The position numbers and the translations under genes are program-made. The notes under the pieces are model-generated. The model was given only the letters and a program-made list of their open reading frames with translations. It was not told where the DNA came from and ran no database searches. A stretch of 63,995 nt of DNA, the filler included, from Circinaria calcarea (taxonomy: Eukaryota), in NCBI GenBank assembly GCA_051942165.1. It is 3 parts of 3 records of this genome, joined end to end, with 100 filler letters (N's around TTAATTAATTAA, not from the genome) between each part and the next. Parts side by side here need not be neighbours in the genome. Positions count along the whole stretch, not along the records: positions 22,112 to 44,121 come from JAVECS010000135.1; positions 44,222 to 63,995 come from JAVECS010000192.1; 1 more part is not named here. One strand, 5' to 3'. The first letter of the stretch is position 1; each line of letters starts with the position of its first letter. Below, piece by piece: positions 36,835 through 49,089 of this stretch.

Positions 36835-38989
36835 TTCGGCTGTATTGTCGAGCGTTTTGCAATGACGTGGGTATCTGGCCGTTGCTCACAGTAGTCAGTG
36901 CGTTGATGATGGCAATTGAAGGTGTAATAGCTCACAGCTTGATGTATTGATGAAGATCTACGTTGAGATGATTGGGTGGGAAGTGAAGGTTTGTAGGAAG
37001 TACGCAAGTCAAAAGACTGCTTAAATTCACCTCTCCAAATTAAGCGAAAGAATGACGATGCAACCTAGGGCTTTGTGAATTGGCTGACGTCTTTCATGTT
37101 CGCTGATGCCATGCATAGAGCAATGGAGGCAGGGTACATAAAGTCAAATTGCGGACGAGCATATCTAATACAGAAATTGCAATTGGACCGTCTCAGATTG
37201 CAGTTGTTTTGTTTATCTACTTGTTTGATGGCAATATACGCTGCGTTTTCCTGCACCTATCATCCATTCACTTTGTGTTTAGTTACACCCCACGGAAAAC
37301 ACAAACGCTACAAACCCGAAGGAGAAAAATACTAAATCTTGTTTTACAAGACGCTTCCCTTTCATTGATGTTTCGTCTCTAGTATCGCCAACAGTATCGC
37401 GATATCAGGTCAGCTGTACTCCTTAGAGTTTCCGCACCTTCTTCATCGTCGGCTCCGTGATGGTAGCTGAGGCCTTGACCATCGTGGAGGTAACAAATTA
37501 TCCTTGTAACCTTCAGAGGCGTTACTGTGCGTATCTTTGAAAGCTCCAGTCATAGTAACGCTCATGGCTGTTGGCCTCTTCTTCGTTGGCATCTCCATTG
37601 TTTCCATTGATCTCCTTCCCCTTCATCGTCATTTTTCTTGGAGTCGCAGGTTCGAATCCATGTTTGGAAGAATGCTTCGAGTAACTGCCAGAGTCCAATC
37701 TCACCTGGGTCCTAGCATGCAAGCTGGAAGACCTCCAAGAAGGCTGCGGACACTCGAGAGTTGCTCTCCGACGATACCGACTAGACTGTTATGGTAGATA
37801 AGGTGAAACACTGTTGGGGTTGAAGGAGATTGACCTGGTGGCTGAAGCAGCGTTTTGGGATTTGGCAAAATTTGCTGTCATGAAGGCGTTGTTGGGTCCG
37901 ATTGATAGCTTGTAGTACGATTGCGACCAGGCTCTCTGAATGTCACTGCTGTTGGATGGCTTGGCTGCAGTATTCTCTCTTGGCTAACAGGCGACACGAT
38001 TGAGGGACTGGTATGCTGAGCGGAACAACGGCATGGTGGAGCGGGACATTGGGTAAAAGAATCCATGATTATTTTTTGAATTAGGAGAGTGTATGATATT
38101 GGGTATAAACATATGAAGAAGGTATTAGCCGGGAGGGTACTTGAATGTGCTTTTGATTAAAGGGGTGTCTTGAACAATATCGCTGATACCGTTGTAATAA
38201 TCATAACACATAAACAGGAGCTTGTTTTTGCTATGCTATAGAAACCAAGCACATTTAAGACAGGTAGGAACCTTATTAGAATAACTCTATTAGAGTAGTC
38301 GAGATCTATATATACAAACAACGACTCGAGGAATAAACCTTCTGAATATTCCGTCTCAAAATGTCTGAGGCTATGTTAATTTTCACTTCGCCCGCCGTTG
38401 GGGCATTTATACCAACGGGTTCTCCTCTCTGATGCTACACATATGATCCTTTAGGACAGCAACGGGTTATGGATGAGAAGTGCTTAGTCAAGCTGGGGTG
38501 CCTGTTCGGCATAACAAACTTTAGCGCGAGATTTTGACAACCTTTTTAGCAAACCCAAACCACGCTTGAAACTTCTCAGTAAGATGCAAGTATACTCCAG
38601 GTCATGTGCTTGTAACAGTCCCCTGTTTTACTGTAATTTTATGCTGTGGTGGTTGAGGTTTCTGGGGGTATGAGGAAATCACGATAGGGTTTTTGTTTTG
38701 CGTGGCCACCCTGGGTATTAGAATGGACTAGGGTAATTAGCGTGGAGGAGCTTTAGCCTAACTTTTTAGGCTTGGCACCTTCCTACTGTAGCAAACGACG
38801 ATGCTAGATACATTAGCTATTTTCCCCAATAATCTATGTATATATATTTGTGATTCAGGTTATCACATTTTCAGATGTGGTTGTTCTGACTTTTAGAAAC
38901 AGTTCATCCCGAAAAGCGTGTAAATAGTTACAGGTTTAAGCACTGGTCACCATAGTTCCAACTGTTTACCTAGCCTCATAATAGCTAAG

Positions 38990-40409
38990 ATGACTCAAGC
39001 GTTTGATGTTGCAACTGCAAGAGAGCATTTCCCGGCTCTGAAACAATCTCAGGTATTCTTCGACAACGCTGGAGGGAGTCAAGTCCTCGGCGAGGTCATT
39101 GAATCGTACATGATGTCTCCCTTCCCTATCGCGAGAGCACTTATTCACTTACAGCCTCTAGAATTTCCAGGTATTTATCAGAAACAAACGTACAGCTGGG
39201 TGGGACCTATGATGTAGCAAAGCAATCGGAGAAAAAGTACAATCAAGGCATGCAAGCTGCAGCCAAGTTCATCAATGCTATACCAGGGGAGATAGGTTAG
39301 GGCTTCCGCCATCCTTACCCAACAGAATACTCATAAACCCCCCAAACAGTTCTGGGATCATCGACAACGCAGCTGATGCGAAACCTTTCTTACGCTCTCA
39401 AATTTGAAGCCGGAGATGAGTTGATCCTCTCGAAGCTCGATCATGAAGCCAATATCTCGGCTTGGGTTCAAATCGCCGACGTGCGAGGATTAGTTATCAA
39501 ATGGTGGACTTCTGAAGACAAACAGAGTCCGAAGCTGGATCCGGAAGTCCTCAAGGGCTTGTTGTCTAAGAGGACACGTTTGGTTGCTTGCACCCACACC
39601 AGCAATATCCTCGGCACGATATCCGATATCAAGAAGCTGGCGGAGACGGTTCATACCGTTCCTGGGGCTATGCTCTGTGTTGATGGTGTTGCTTTCGCGC
39701 CGCACAGACAAGTAGACGTGAAAGCCCTTAATGTGGATCTATACGCATTCTCGTGGTACAAAGTAATCCCCCCTCTACTTCACCGTGCCCTTTCCTCGTC
39801 TTCCCTAACATTCTCCTAGGTGTATGGCCCCCATCTCTCCATGCTCTACGCAGATCGCTCCATTCACCCTAGGATCGGAAGTTTAGGCCACTATTTCAAC
39901 CCCTCCAACACCTTAGAAGACAAACTCGGCCTCGCCGGATCAAGCTACGAACTTACGCAATCAATCCCTAAAGTCCTTGATTACTTCGGACCCGATCCAG
40001 CTCGCAGCTGGGCAGAAACCAGCGCCCACGAAGAAAAGCTGCAATCGATCATCCTTTCTTACCTGAACTCCAATGATAGGATAACGGTTTTCGGCGAGAC
40101 TTCAGCAAGTTCCAAGCTAAGGGTACCTGTAATCAGCTTCACTGTTGCGAGGCGGAGTTCCAAGGATATAGTGGATGCCGTGCAAGGGTGGTCGAATATC
40201 GGTTTCAAGTACGGGCATTTTTACTCCAAGCGGCTGATCGACGAGGTACTTAGTCTGGGAGGGGATGGGGTGGTTCGCATCAGCATGGTACACTATAATA
40301 CCGGTAGGTGGTCTTTCATGGCAACGCTAGGTTACGTTCTAACTGTGGCGCAGAGGATGAAGCAAAACGGTTCGTTGAGGTACTGGACGAAGTGTTGTCT
40401 AACCCATGA
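38990..40409 (+). CDS. Class V PLP-dependent enzyme (cysteine desulfurase-like, VC1184/UstD-related), multi-exon
   Basis: FFDNAGGSQV, DHEANIS, HTSNILGT, VDGVAFAPHR, PLP lysine in FSWYK|VYGPH, and VRISMVHYNT. Confidence 0.9.
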
Positions 40410-41653
40410 AGGTAAAAATGTAGAAGATCATCTCTGTACTCACGCTAATGTAGGATGGAGGGTGGTGCCCGTCAGGTATATTTCTATGTCACATATGCAT
40501 GCACGAAATTGTTGTGCGTAAGGCTACCATATGGATGCATGTACATGATCAAATAAAAACACCGACAGATTAAAATAAAACACCCGCGCCATTTGAGTCT
40601 CATCCCGTATGCTTCGGCAGCAACTGCCTATTTGAATTTTCCATTCGGTCGATAACTGATATCATTCTCATGCTGTGCCTCTTGTTGATATCCTAAACAT
40701 AGATACCGTAGATCACCCGTACTTGGCACCGGGAAGCACGTGGTACTGGTAAGGAGCGCTCGGCCCAAGATTCCAACCCCGGCTAAAGAAGCGTGAGCGA
40801 GAGACTGTTTCGGGTATGTTCCACGACGATCAACGTCCCAAACCCACGCAAACACCATCATTGCGGCGCGAGTTACAGTAAGCGTGAGGCAAACGAGGCA
40901 CAGTCGCTCTTAGTCTTTCAGCTGCGGATGTCACGAGCTTGCGATGACGAACGAAGAAGCAGGGCTGCAGTCCTTGAATGCATAGGGTCGTAGTATGGGG
41001 TGTTCCCAAGAGTGTTGTCGTCGACGGATGTGTGCCCGGTATTCGTCAATATCCGTCCTTTTCCGACTGCTTTGTATACAGCCTTGTGCGATCGGATTCT
41101 ATTTCCAGCTTCTTCGTCTGGTCGTTGTCGATGAAGGTGTGGCTGGCTAAGGTAAGCTAGAGCAAGCTTGAATGGTCTCCGAATTGGTGCATGTCTCGTG
41201 GGATTTTCATAGGGCGAGTTCATGCACAACCTTATCATTGTTTGCTCATCTGACAACCCCCCCAGCATCCTCTTATCACCCTGGGGGTTTTCGATCGTGA
41301 TGGTTCACTATAAGCGCTAGTGCGTGAAACAGCAAAGACTGATGGTGATATGATGATAATCCCGCAAGACTAATTACTGCCCATACAGATGGATCGCCAG
41401 GCAGCCATCACGGATCGCCGAAGGCAAAGGAATCTTCTGGGCTGACCTGATACTACACCGGGCAGCCAGAGATCAGCATCCACGGAATCGTCGACATCTG
41501 ATGGACTCTATTCCAAGAGGGTGCGGCTGAGGCTGAGCTATCGCAGTAACCAAAGACCCCTCCTACTATGGAATATATGTAGTACTGTGTTGAAGATCGC
41601 CATGAAAAGGCTACGTCTGCTGCTGTCGCTCTCAAATTCATCCTGTGGGAACA

Positions 41654-43778
41654 ATGGCACCAACCGACTACTCGCAAGTGGGCGAGCCTGAGCCTATATT
41701 CCATGAACCGATGCTTCCTCAGCATGAACCCGCGTTGGACGGTGCAGAAGCCCGCAAGTCCTTCCTCTCGGTCGATATCCAAGAAGTTAACAACGGGAGG
41801 ACCACTCCTGAGTTCAACTTGCCCACCGCCGAAAGCTGGAGCGAGAGCTCTAATACGACTACGCCGAAAGAAAAAAGCGTCCATTCTCAAGGTTCAATTA
41901 CGAAGACCCTTCACCTCTCAGCAAACGGTTCCTGGATCTTTGAGATTGTCAGCCTATTGGTCAGTGCTGCCGCCATAGCAGGTATCATTGGGGTACTGGC
42001 CCATTTTGACAATCGCCCCTTACCGGAATGGCCTCTGAACATTACCTTGAATACTCTGATTGCGCTGCTCTCTACTTTAGCCAATGCCAACCTAGCCATA
42101 CCGCTTCAGAGCGGCCTGAGTCAGCTAAAATGGATCAGGTTCAAAGCTGGACGGGCTCCGTTGACAGACATGGAGGCGTTTGATGATGCTAGTAGAGGGA
42201 CCTGGGGAGCAATCAACCTCTTAGTCAAAGCACGCGGAGGGTAAGTTGTTCATTATAACACTGTTTTGAGTTTGTCTGGGATTTTGTAGTTTTGCTAACA
42301 ACTTCGAATTTTAGAACCTTTGGGTCCTTCGGCGCCGCGGTCGCTATTGTAGCTCTCGCATGCTCACCGTTTGCTCAACAGACCGCGACATACCGTACTC
42401 GTCTAGTCCAAGCAGATGCTGTTGCCACCATCCCTATGGCTTTGAACTATACTGGGGTACTTCCAGGAGATAGTGTAAACAGTACGTTGCCCTTAGATCC
42501 TCAATGTAAACTGAGCAGCCATTGTCATCTGTTGAGATGAGCGCACAGACCTCACCTAGGCGTCGATTTATTGGCAGGGATATAGGCGAAACATATCACT
42601 TCGGGTAGGCTGACGTTATCTCAGATGCCTTTGTACCGATACTCCCGATGAAGTCAGCCGTATACTATGGCTTGTTCTCCGAAGGAGACCCGTCGGCCAA
42701 TCTCAAATTCACCTGCCAAACGGGTAATTGTACTTGGCCTGAATTCACGACCTTGGCAGTCTGCAGCTCATGTATCGACTTGACACCATATATGACCAGG
42801 TACTGCCCCGGTGGCATCCCAGCTGATGGTGATGTTTCGGAGTGTGGATGGCAAGTCCCTCAAGGGGCCTCGCTAAACAACAGCGCGGATGTTTTCAGCA
42901 TGACGAGCAAAACGCCGAGCAACGTTGGTGACTTGCCTTATACTGATATAATGAAACTTACCTTCATTGGTACGGAAGCCCAAAGTGGTCCACCATTAAA
43001 CAACAACCCTTGGGCTAGGCAATGTACGCTTCGGTATTGCCTCCAAACTTTCAACTCGGGCGTTGTCAATGGGAAGCTACAAGAGAATATTACCTCCACA
43101 ATATTCAACACGACCATTGTCGACATCAGCGCCAGTAATCGTGACACCCCCGTCGTCCTTCAGGCGGCCGATAATTCCACATACATGGTGGGCGAGGGCG
43201 CCATGCTCGGAATCAGATCCTGGTTCCGCGACCTCTTCGCCAGCGGCAGCGCCTCCCGCAACTCGACCTACACCAACAGTACTCGCACCGACGACACCGT
43301 TGTTGTCAACCTAACTGTCGGCATCTCCTCCGGCACTACCTACTTCGACTCCGACATCGTGCAGACCTTTTACTGGGACTACTACGAGTACCCTGCCGGC
43401 CTCGACCTGGCCATGTCCTGGCTCGCAACTTCTATGACCGTTGCTTTCCGCTCCTTCAACGGCGCCGTTCCCGTCCCCGGCCAGGCCTTTAGCTTCGAAA
43501 GCTACGTCCATGTCCGTTGGGCCTGGCTCACCCTTCCCATAACTGTTGTCGTGCTGACGGCCATGTTCCTCGCCGCGGCGATATACAGGAGTCGGCAGAG
43601 CAAAACGAAGCTGTGGAAGAGCAGCGCGCTGGCGATGCTGTTCCATGGCTTGGATCATGAGACTAGGGAGCAGTTTGCGGGACTAGGGACTCTGAACGAT
43701 CAGAAGAAGCAAGCGAGGGATGTCCGGGTACGTTTGGATGAGGGTGGGGATGAGGGGAGCTTGTTGAGGTTCTCGTAG
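41654..43778 (+). CDS. DUF3176-family membrane glycoprotein, multi-exon
   Basis: SGLSQLKW, FDDASRGTWG, PFAQQ, CQTGNCTWPEFTTLAVCSSC, YVHVRWAWL and WKSSALAML. Confidence 0.88.
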
Positions 43779-44121
43779 GGGGTTCTCCCTGAACGGTTTG
43801 GGGAACTTGGTGGCTTTTCTCCATGCGGTGACGACGGAGGTTTTGAGAAATGTCTGAGTAGGTGTCGCTGTAAAGGTAAGGCTTCTGGAACGTATTGGTT
43901 TAGATTATGAATTATGATCGGATGGATTTTCTCTCGAAACGGCTTACCGCGCGTCACAAACTATGTTGATGACCAGCCTAAAATTTCACCATTTTAAAAA
44001 AAAAAACCTTAAGTACAGCTTCCCTTGGACGTATATGTACCACATTGTGTACGCTGCACATATCAAGAGCTGTACACTCCTCCTCCCCAATTAACCAATA
44101 ACTGAGGAATCTGTAATACCC

Positions 44122-44221
44122 NNNNNNNNNNNNNNNNNNNNNNNNNNNNNNNNNNNNNNNNNNNNTTAATTAATTAANNNNNNNNNNNNNNNNNNNNNNN
44201 NNNNNNNNNNNNNNNNNNNNN
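44122..44221. other. Scaffold gap with artificial TTAATTAATTAA spacer
   Basis: Same N-spacer-N structure as 22012-22111. Confidence 0.95.
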
Positions 44222-45637
44222 TCAGCATCTTGGCTCGCAGTGACCGTGACTGAAGAAAATGACGACGGAACATTAGGCTGCATGTACAGATAGCGATGCT
44301 TATGGGGGGGCCGGGCTACGGTCCATGGTGTATCGCCATCGATATCCGCGCTGGACGTGGGCAAAGGGGTAGCCTCCTGTGAGGTCACGTAATCCCGTAG
44401 AGAAGTGGCATATTTGGGTTTCAAGAAGTTATCGAGACGAAGGACTGAGTTGTCGGCAAAGGACGACGACAGAGCGGAAAGAGTGTCGGGGGTGAGATAG
44501 CTAGGATTGAGGTAAGGAAGGAGAAAATCAATATCGGTTTCGGTAAGAACTTCGTCGTCGTCATCAAGGTCTGGGGTTGATTGCTTGGCTTTGCTATCCG
44601 AGGTAGACGAAGCCTTCGGTTCCAAAGACGGACCGTAGAGGTTGATCTGGGGTTGTGGCAAGTCATAGGCGTCCCCTTTCCCTTGCAATTGCATGAGACT
44701 GCTCTTCTCCGCCAATTTCTCCTCTAGACCTTCTTCGAACCCTTCTTCACCTTCCTGTGGTATATGATACCAACCACTTATAGCCATTCGAACTCTCCCA
44801 CCACCACCACCATCCTCCTCCCTCTCATCACCTGTTCGAGCGTAAACCTCCTCGACATCATGAAAGCTTTCTCCTGGCTGCACGGCAAAGAAGCTCAATT
44901 GATTAAAGGCTGGTGGAATTGAAACGGTGAAATCCGGGCTCGGAACTTTCGTCTCTCGCCCATGATTATCTGCATAGGTTTGTGTGGGATATAGGCGCAA
45001 GGCGCCACCCCACCCTTCTTTCCAGGGCCGCTCCGGGTCGGTCAGGTACAGGATATAGCTCACTCTCCTACTTCCAATCACATCATCATGGCACAACAAA
45101 TGGCATCCCGGCGTGTAAACATTAATTGCCATGTCAGTCTTCCGCCCCGACAATGGTCCGGCTCCGGTAACGGTAGAGAGATACTCCCGGAACGTTGACG
45201 AGTAGAGCGCATCGCGGAGGGTGAGGAGGGAAGGCAGCAACTTGAGCGAGGAATCATCGAGGCCATCGAGATTGGTGAGGTCGCCCGATTGGTGGATCCT
45301 GTAGATATCGGTTTCCTTGGGGGTGAAGGACAGATTCTCCTGGATTTCCGTGCGGACGGAGCGGAGGAGATCGGAGGCGACAAGGTTACTGATGACGCCG
45401 TGTTTGTAGCTGTATTAGAGTATAAGTCTTGTCATGATACCAATTGCATTGACCGAAAGAGGCTCACGGTTGAGATTCCGAGTAGGCTTTCTGATGGCCG
45501 TCGAGGGTGGACTGATCAAAGAGTCCGTCGCGGAACTTGGCCCAAGTGTTCTTGGTTTCAATTGCTCTTCTCTTGATGGAGTCTTGGCTGCTGTGATTCG
45601 GTGACGGTTCATCGTCGGGCTCGGCCTTCCGCTTCAT
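44222..45637 (-). CDS. TPA1: Prolyl 3,4-dihydroxylase Tpa1/Ofd1 (2OG-Fe(II) oxygenase), 3' end lost in the gap
   Basis: MKRKAEP start. Motifs LLCHDDVIGSRRVSYILYL, GGALRLYP, SFHDVEEV, RMAISGWYH and PPHKHRYLY. Confidence 0.93.
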
Positions 45638-46095
45638 TCTGGGAGAAGGAGAGGACACTCTCTCGGAGCCAATGGCAATGGCAACCGTAACAGCAACAGC
45701 AACAGCGAAATGGAGAGATGTCGACAAAGGAAACGCTTCGAGGGCTGGGGCTTGCCATTCTCGCTTACAGTTACGGAGTACGGGGATTATCTAGTGGACG
45801 GACTGTGGAGTCTCACTCAAGTGCGGGAGGTGGAGTGGTTGGAGGGAGAACTAAGGAAGTAGCGTGCGGGTCAGAAGTGGGGGATCGGGATCGACCACGT
45901 GCAATGTAATCTGTACACAGACACTTTGGCGAGGATCCGTCACATTTTGCTATGGCCTTGGTGGTTGACCTATTATATCTCCTATCAGCCATGTGTCTAC
46001 CACTCATCCCACGTCCAGTGCTAGGTCATTGGCCGGGAAGCTGTACGAGCCTGGCCAAATCCCAGCGAACATGGCGTCGATTTCCCAAGAACCGT

Positions 46096-46105
46096 GTCAC
46101 GTGAC
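46096..46105. promoter_or_regulatory. Palindromic E-box GTCACGTGAC (bHLH Cbf1/SREBP-type site)
   Basis: Perfect 10-bp palindrome about 460 bp upstream of the TPA1 ATG. Related CACGTGAC sites occur at 8836 and 28776. Confidence 0.4.
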
Positions 46106-47657
46106 TTGACCGGTGGGAATCCCGGCGGTCAGGGTGCGGTTTGGTCTGTGCTTGAGCTGTCTCTCTCTTCGGGATATACCCGCCATGTATGCTGCGTCAC
46201 ATTGGAGTAGAAGGAGTTCCCTGGCCTCATATGCAAGGGGCTGGAACCTGTCCCCTTTTGCTGTGCTGACCTGCATATTAAACCTAAACATAGGGTGCGA
46301 CCAAAATGACACGCCCTATACCATGATGCCTCCAGAGTAGCTCTCTTTTATGAGGGCTGAGCGTATGATTCCCTGAGCCATGCTTGGATTCGTCGAGGTT
46401 GAAAAGAAAAACGGACAAGTCAGAGTCATCAATAGGATTCTTGCTTAGCCCATCGTGACTGCTCACCTTTGGGAGGTTTTCGGTATTTCTGTTGGTTATC
46501 GGAGCAGATCATGTAGGCACGAAGTAACAGTGCTCCCAGCCAAAAAGTCCCCCATCTATCAAGAAGCCCCCACCTAACCCTGCATAGCTTGGTTGTGGAT
46601 TCACAGCGGAGCTATGCTATGCCGGTGGACTTCTCAGGACCTCTCAGAACCACTATGAAGCATGGTAGGCCTGCCTTCCGGTCTTTGCAATACCAGGCTT
46701 AGGGTGTCGGTGCCCGGCTGCCGTACCGTATATAACAAAAACCTTGCCGAATTCACCGAAACCTCCCAATTCTCAAGCTCCTTCTTCCCCCGGAGTTTCG
46801 CCATTCACGATACCGCCATCAGCGGAAGACTGTAGCCAAGAAGTTAGACAACTTAAAAGCCATGTCCCGAGCTCTTTCGGCCATTTCCTGGGCTCATCAC
46901 GAAAGCTAGCAACACTCCGAACTGTGACGCGTCTGGACCATGTGGCTCTGGCTTCAATGCAGGTTAGTAGTTATGCCAAGCCATATAGCCTGATTGGCCC
47001 TTTAGCCGGGGGTATGTGAATCTCAAGTGGGTAGCTCAACGTCGGAATAAACTCATTCCCATACTTCACATAAGCTGTACCGCGATAAACAAGCGTCTAA
47101 ACTTTGCTGCCAGGCTTGTAGTACCTCCGTCCAGAGGGCAAAGGGCATTGGTGTCCTAGAGACCAGATGGGTTGCCATTATCAAAACCGCTTTAGCGATA
47201 TGAAACGCAATCTCTCCTCGAAGTTTGAAATAATAGCAATTTGACCCTAGGTATGAATGCGAGAAAAGGCCTCGGTCTTACCAACAAGAGCAAGGTCATG
47301 TCGTTGTGACAAGAATAAATGCAGACAATGTCTAACCCGCATTTTTCCAGGAACAGGAATGGTAACGATGCAAAACATAATTCCACAGCTTAGCGAAAAC
47401 CGGGTCGTGCCAAAACATGGGTATCGAACGTGAGGCCTTCAAGTGAGAGCTCCAATCCGTGCCAAAACATTGAAACTATCAAAGCCCAATAAAATGCTAA
47501 TATGCAACGCTCGCATGCCCCCAGCACGCAAGACATGGCTATGCAAAAATGCACCCATGAAGCCCAATCAACGGAATCTGGCGAAAGGAGCCAACGGATA
47601 CCGAATGCTCGCTCTTATTCATGCGCAAACTTCCCTCGAGCTAACCCAAGAACCCAA

Positions 47658-48419
47658 TCACCCATATTCTTCCCTCCCGCAGCCTTCCAACCAATCCGCT
47701 ACCCTCTCCACCCTCTCCGAATACGATTCCTTTTTCTTTCTCCCTACCTCCCTATCCTCGCCATCCGCATCATCTTCATAGCAAACAAGACACCAGACCC
47801 TTCCCTCTACTCCAACCTCCACACAACATTTCCCACAGATCTTCTTGCACATTTTTTCTTTGAGGGGCTCTCCAGGATCAAAGCAGTCGTTGTGGAGGCG
47901 GTATAGATGACAACGAGGCCCTTCACAAGTCCTCATGCAGATGTAGCAGGTTCGTTCCCCACATGCTTCGCAATCAACATAAGCTGGAAGGTCTTGGACG
48001 GTGGTTGGGCGGCGGTGACATATGTGACATGAATGGAGGTTGGGAATTTGGGATTTCGGAGGGGTTGGTAGTAGTGAGGGTTGCAAGCGAGCCAAGGACG
48101 GTTTGAGAGGCGTGGTGTGGTGGATCCGTTTGGGGACTGGAAATGTACTTTTGAGGCGGAAGTGCGTTATAGTCTGGGCATCCGAGGGGGTCTTCATCTC
48201 GTGATGCTCTTGGAAGCTCGATGCTGGAGTTGCCGGTGGTGGTGAAGATGCATGATAAAAATAACTGGCTGCTAATGACGAGAGGGGACCACTATGGACC
48301 AGTAAGCAACTTGTAGGCGTCTCGGATGCAAGATGGTCCCACTTCAGTGTGCTATCACTCTCGCAAGTCCGTTTTCTCTTCTTGCTGCTTGGAACTTGAT
48401 TGCTGGTCTCGTTGGCCAT
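47658..48419 (-). CDS. Hypothetical nuclear Cys-rich zinc-binding protein
   Basis: NLS-like KKRKR and multiple CxxC pairs (CHIC, CEAC, CYIC, CGKC, CLVC). An alternative upstream ATG lies at 48464. Confidence 0.75.
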   Translation of the reverse strand: MANETSNQVPSSKKRKRTCESDSTLKWDHLASETPTSCLLVHSGPLSSLAASYFYHASSPPPATPASSFQEHHEMKTPSDAQTITHFRLKSTFPVPKRIHHTTPLKPSLARLQPSLLPTPPKSQIPNLHSCHICHRRPTTVQDLPAYVDCEACGERTCYICMRTCEGPRCHLYRLHNDCFDPGEPLKEKMCKKICGKCCVEVGVEGRVWCLVCYEDDADGEDREVGRKKKESYSERVERVADWLEGCGREEYG

Positions 48420-49089
48420 GGTTGGCGGGGAGGAAATATTGAGCAACGGAGGGAATATGAACATGGTGAAGGCAAGGCTATGTACAAGATTCGTGAAAGG
48501 GAAAGGAGGGACGGCCGAATGAGGGAAGAGGATTCTCGTGTCAATGCATACGATCCGCAGTCATCACGTCGAACGATCAGAGCTTCTGCTCCTGCGACAC
48601 GGCGTGACGGAGCCGAAAGGCCGGCGTGTGCTTCTGAATTGATGACCCTATGGTAGCCTAACGCTGCTTTGGACATGGAAAATTCGTGCTTACAACGCAT
48701 CCAAGTGTACGCTCTCAAGCTACGAAAGTACATGCAAGATAGCCTGAGTGGCAGAGGTCTATTCTACAATTGGCGTTGAGTCGTCGGGGCTTGACTAAAG
48801 ATAGGGTATTGATGGCATCGTTGATATGGTTGAGAACGCTTGTAAAAGAAAAGGGTAGATGGGGAGAGCGAGAAGTGGCACTGGGAGAAAGGGACAGCGG
48901 TCATAGTCAATATATAATAACCTTCATCTATTGCCGGGAAGAATTATGGTGCCTATCCGTGCTGCCCGTGGCCTGCCGTGGAAATGTACGAATCCGTCGA
49001 GTATGTTTCCCTTGCTTCCGAAACTAGTAGACTGCTTCATCGAGCTGCGTCCCTTAAACCATTTCTCCTTTCTTGTACTCAATTAATCA

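Noticed and set aside
37645..37665. GGTTCGAATCC tRNA T-loop/B-box-like motif
   Set aside because: The T-stem does not pair fully, and no D-arm, anticodon arm or acceptor stem was found.
37400..38066. Short minus-strand ORF fragments (possible decayed gene)
   Set aside because: Multiple stops, no recognisable motif and no convincing splice model.
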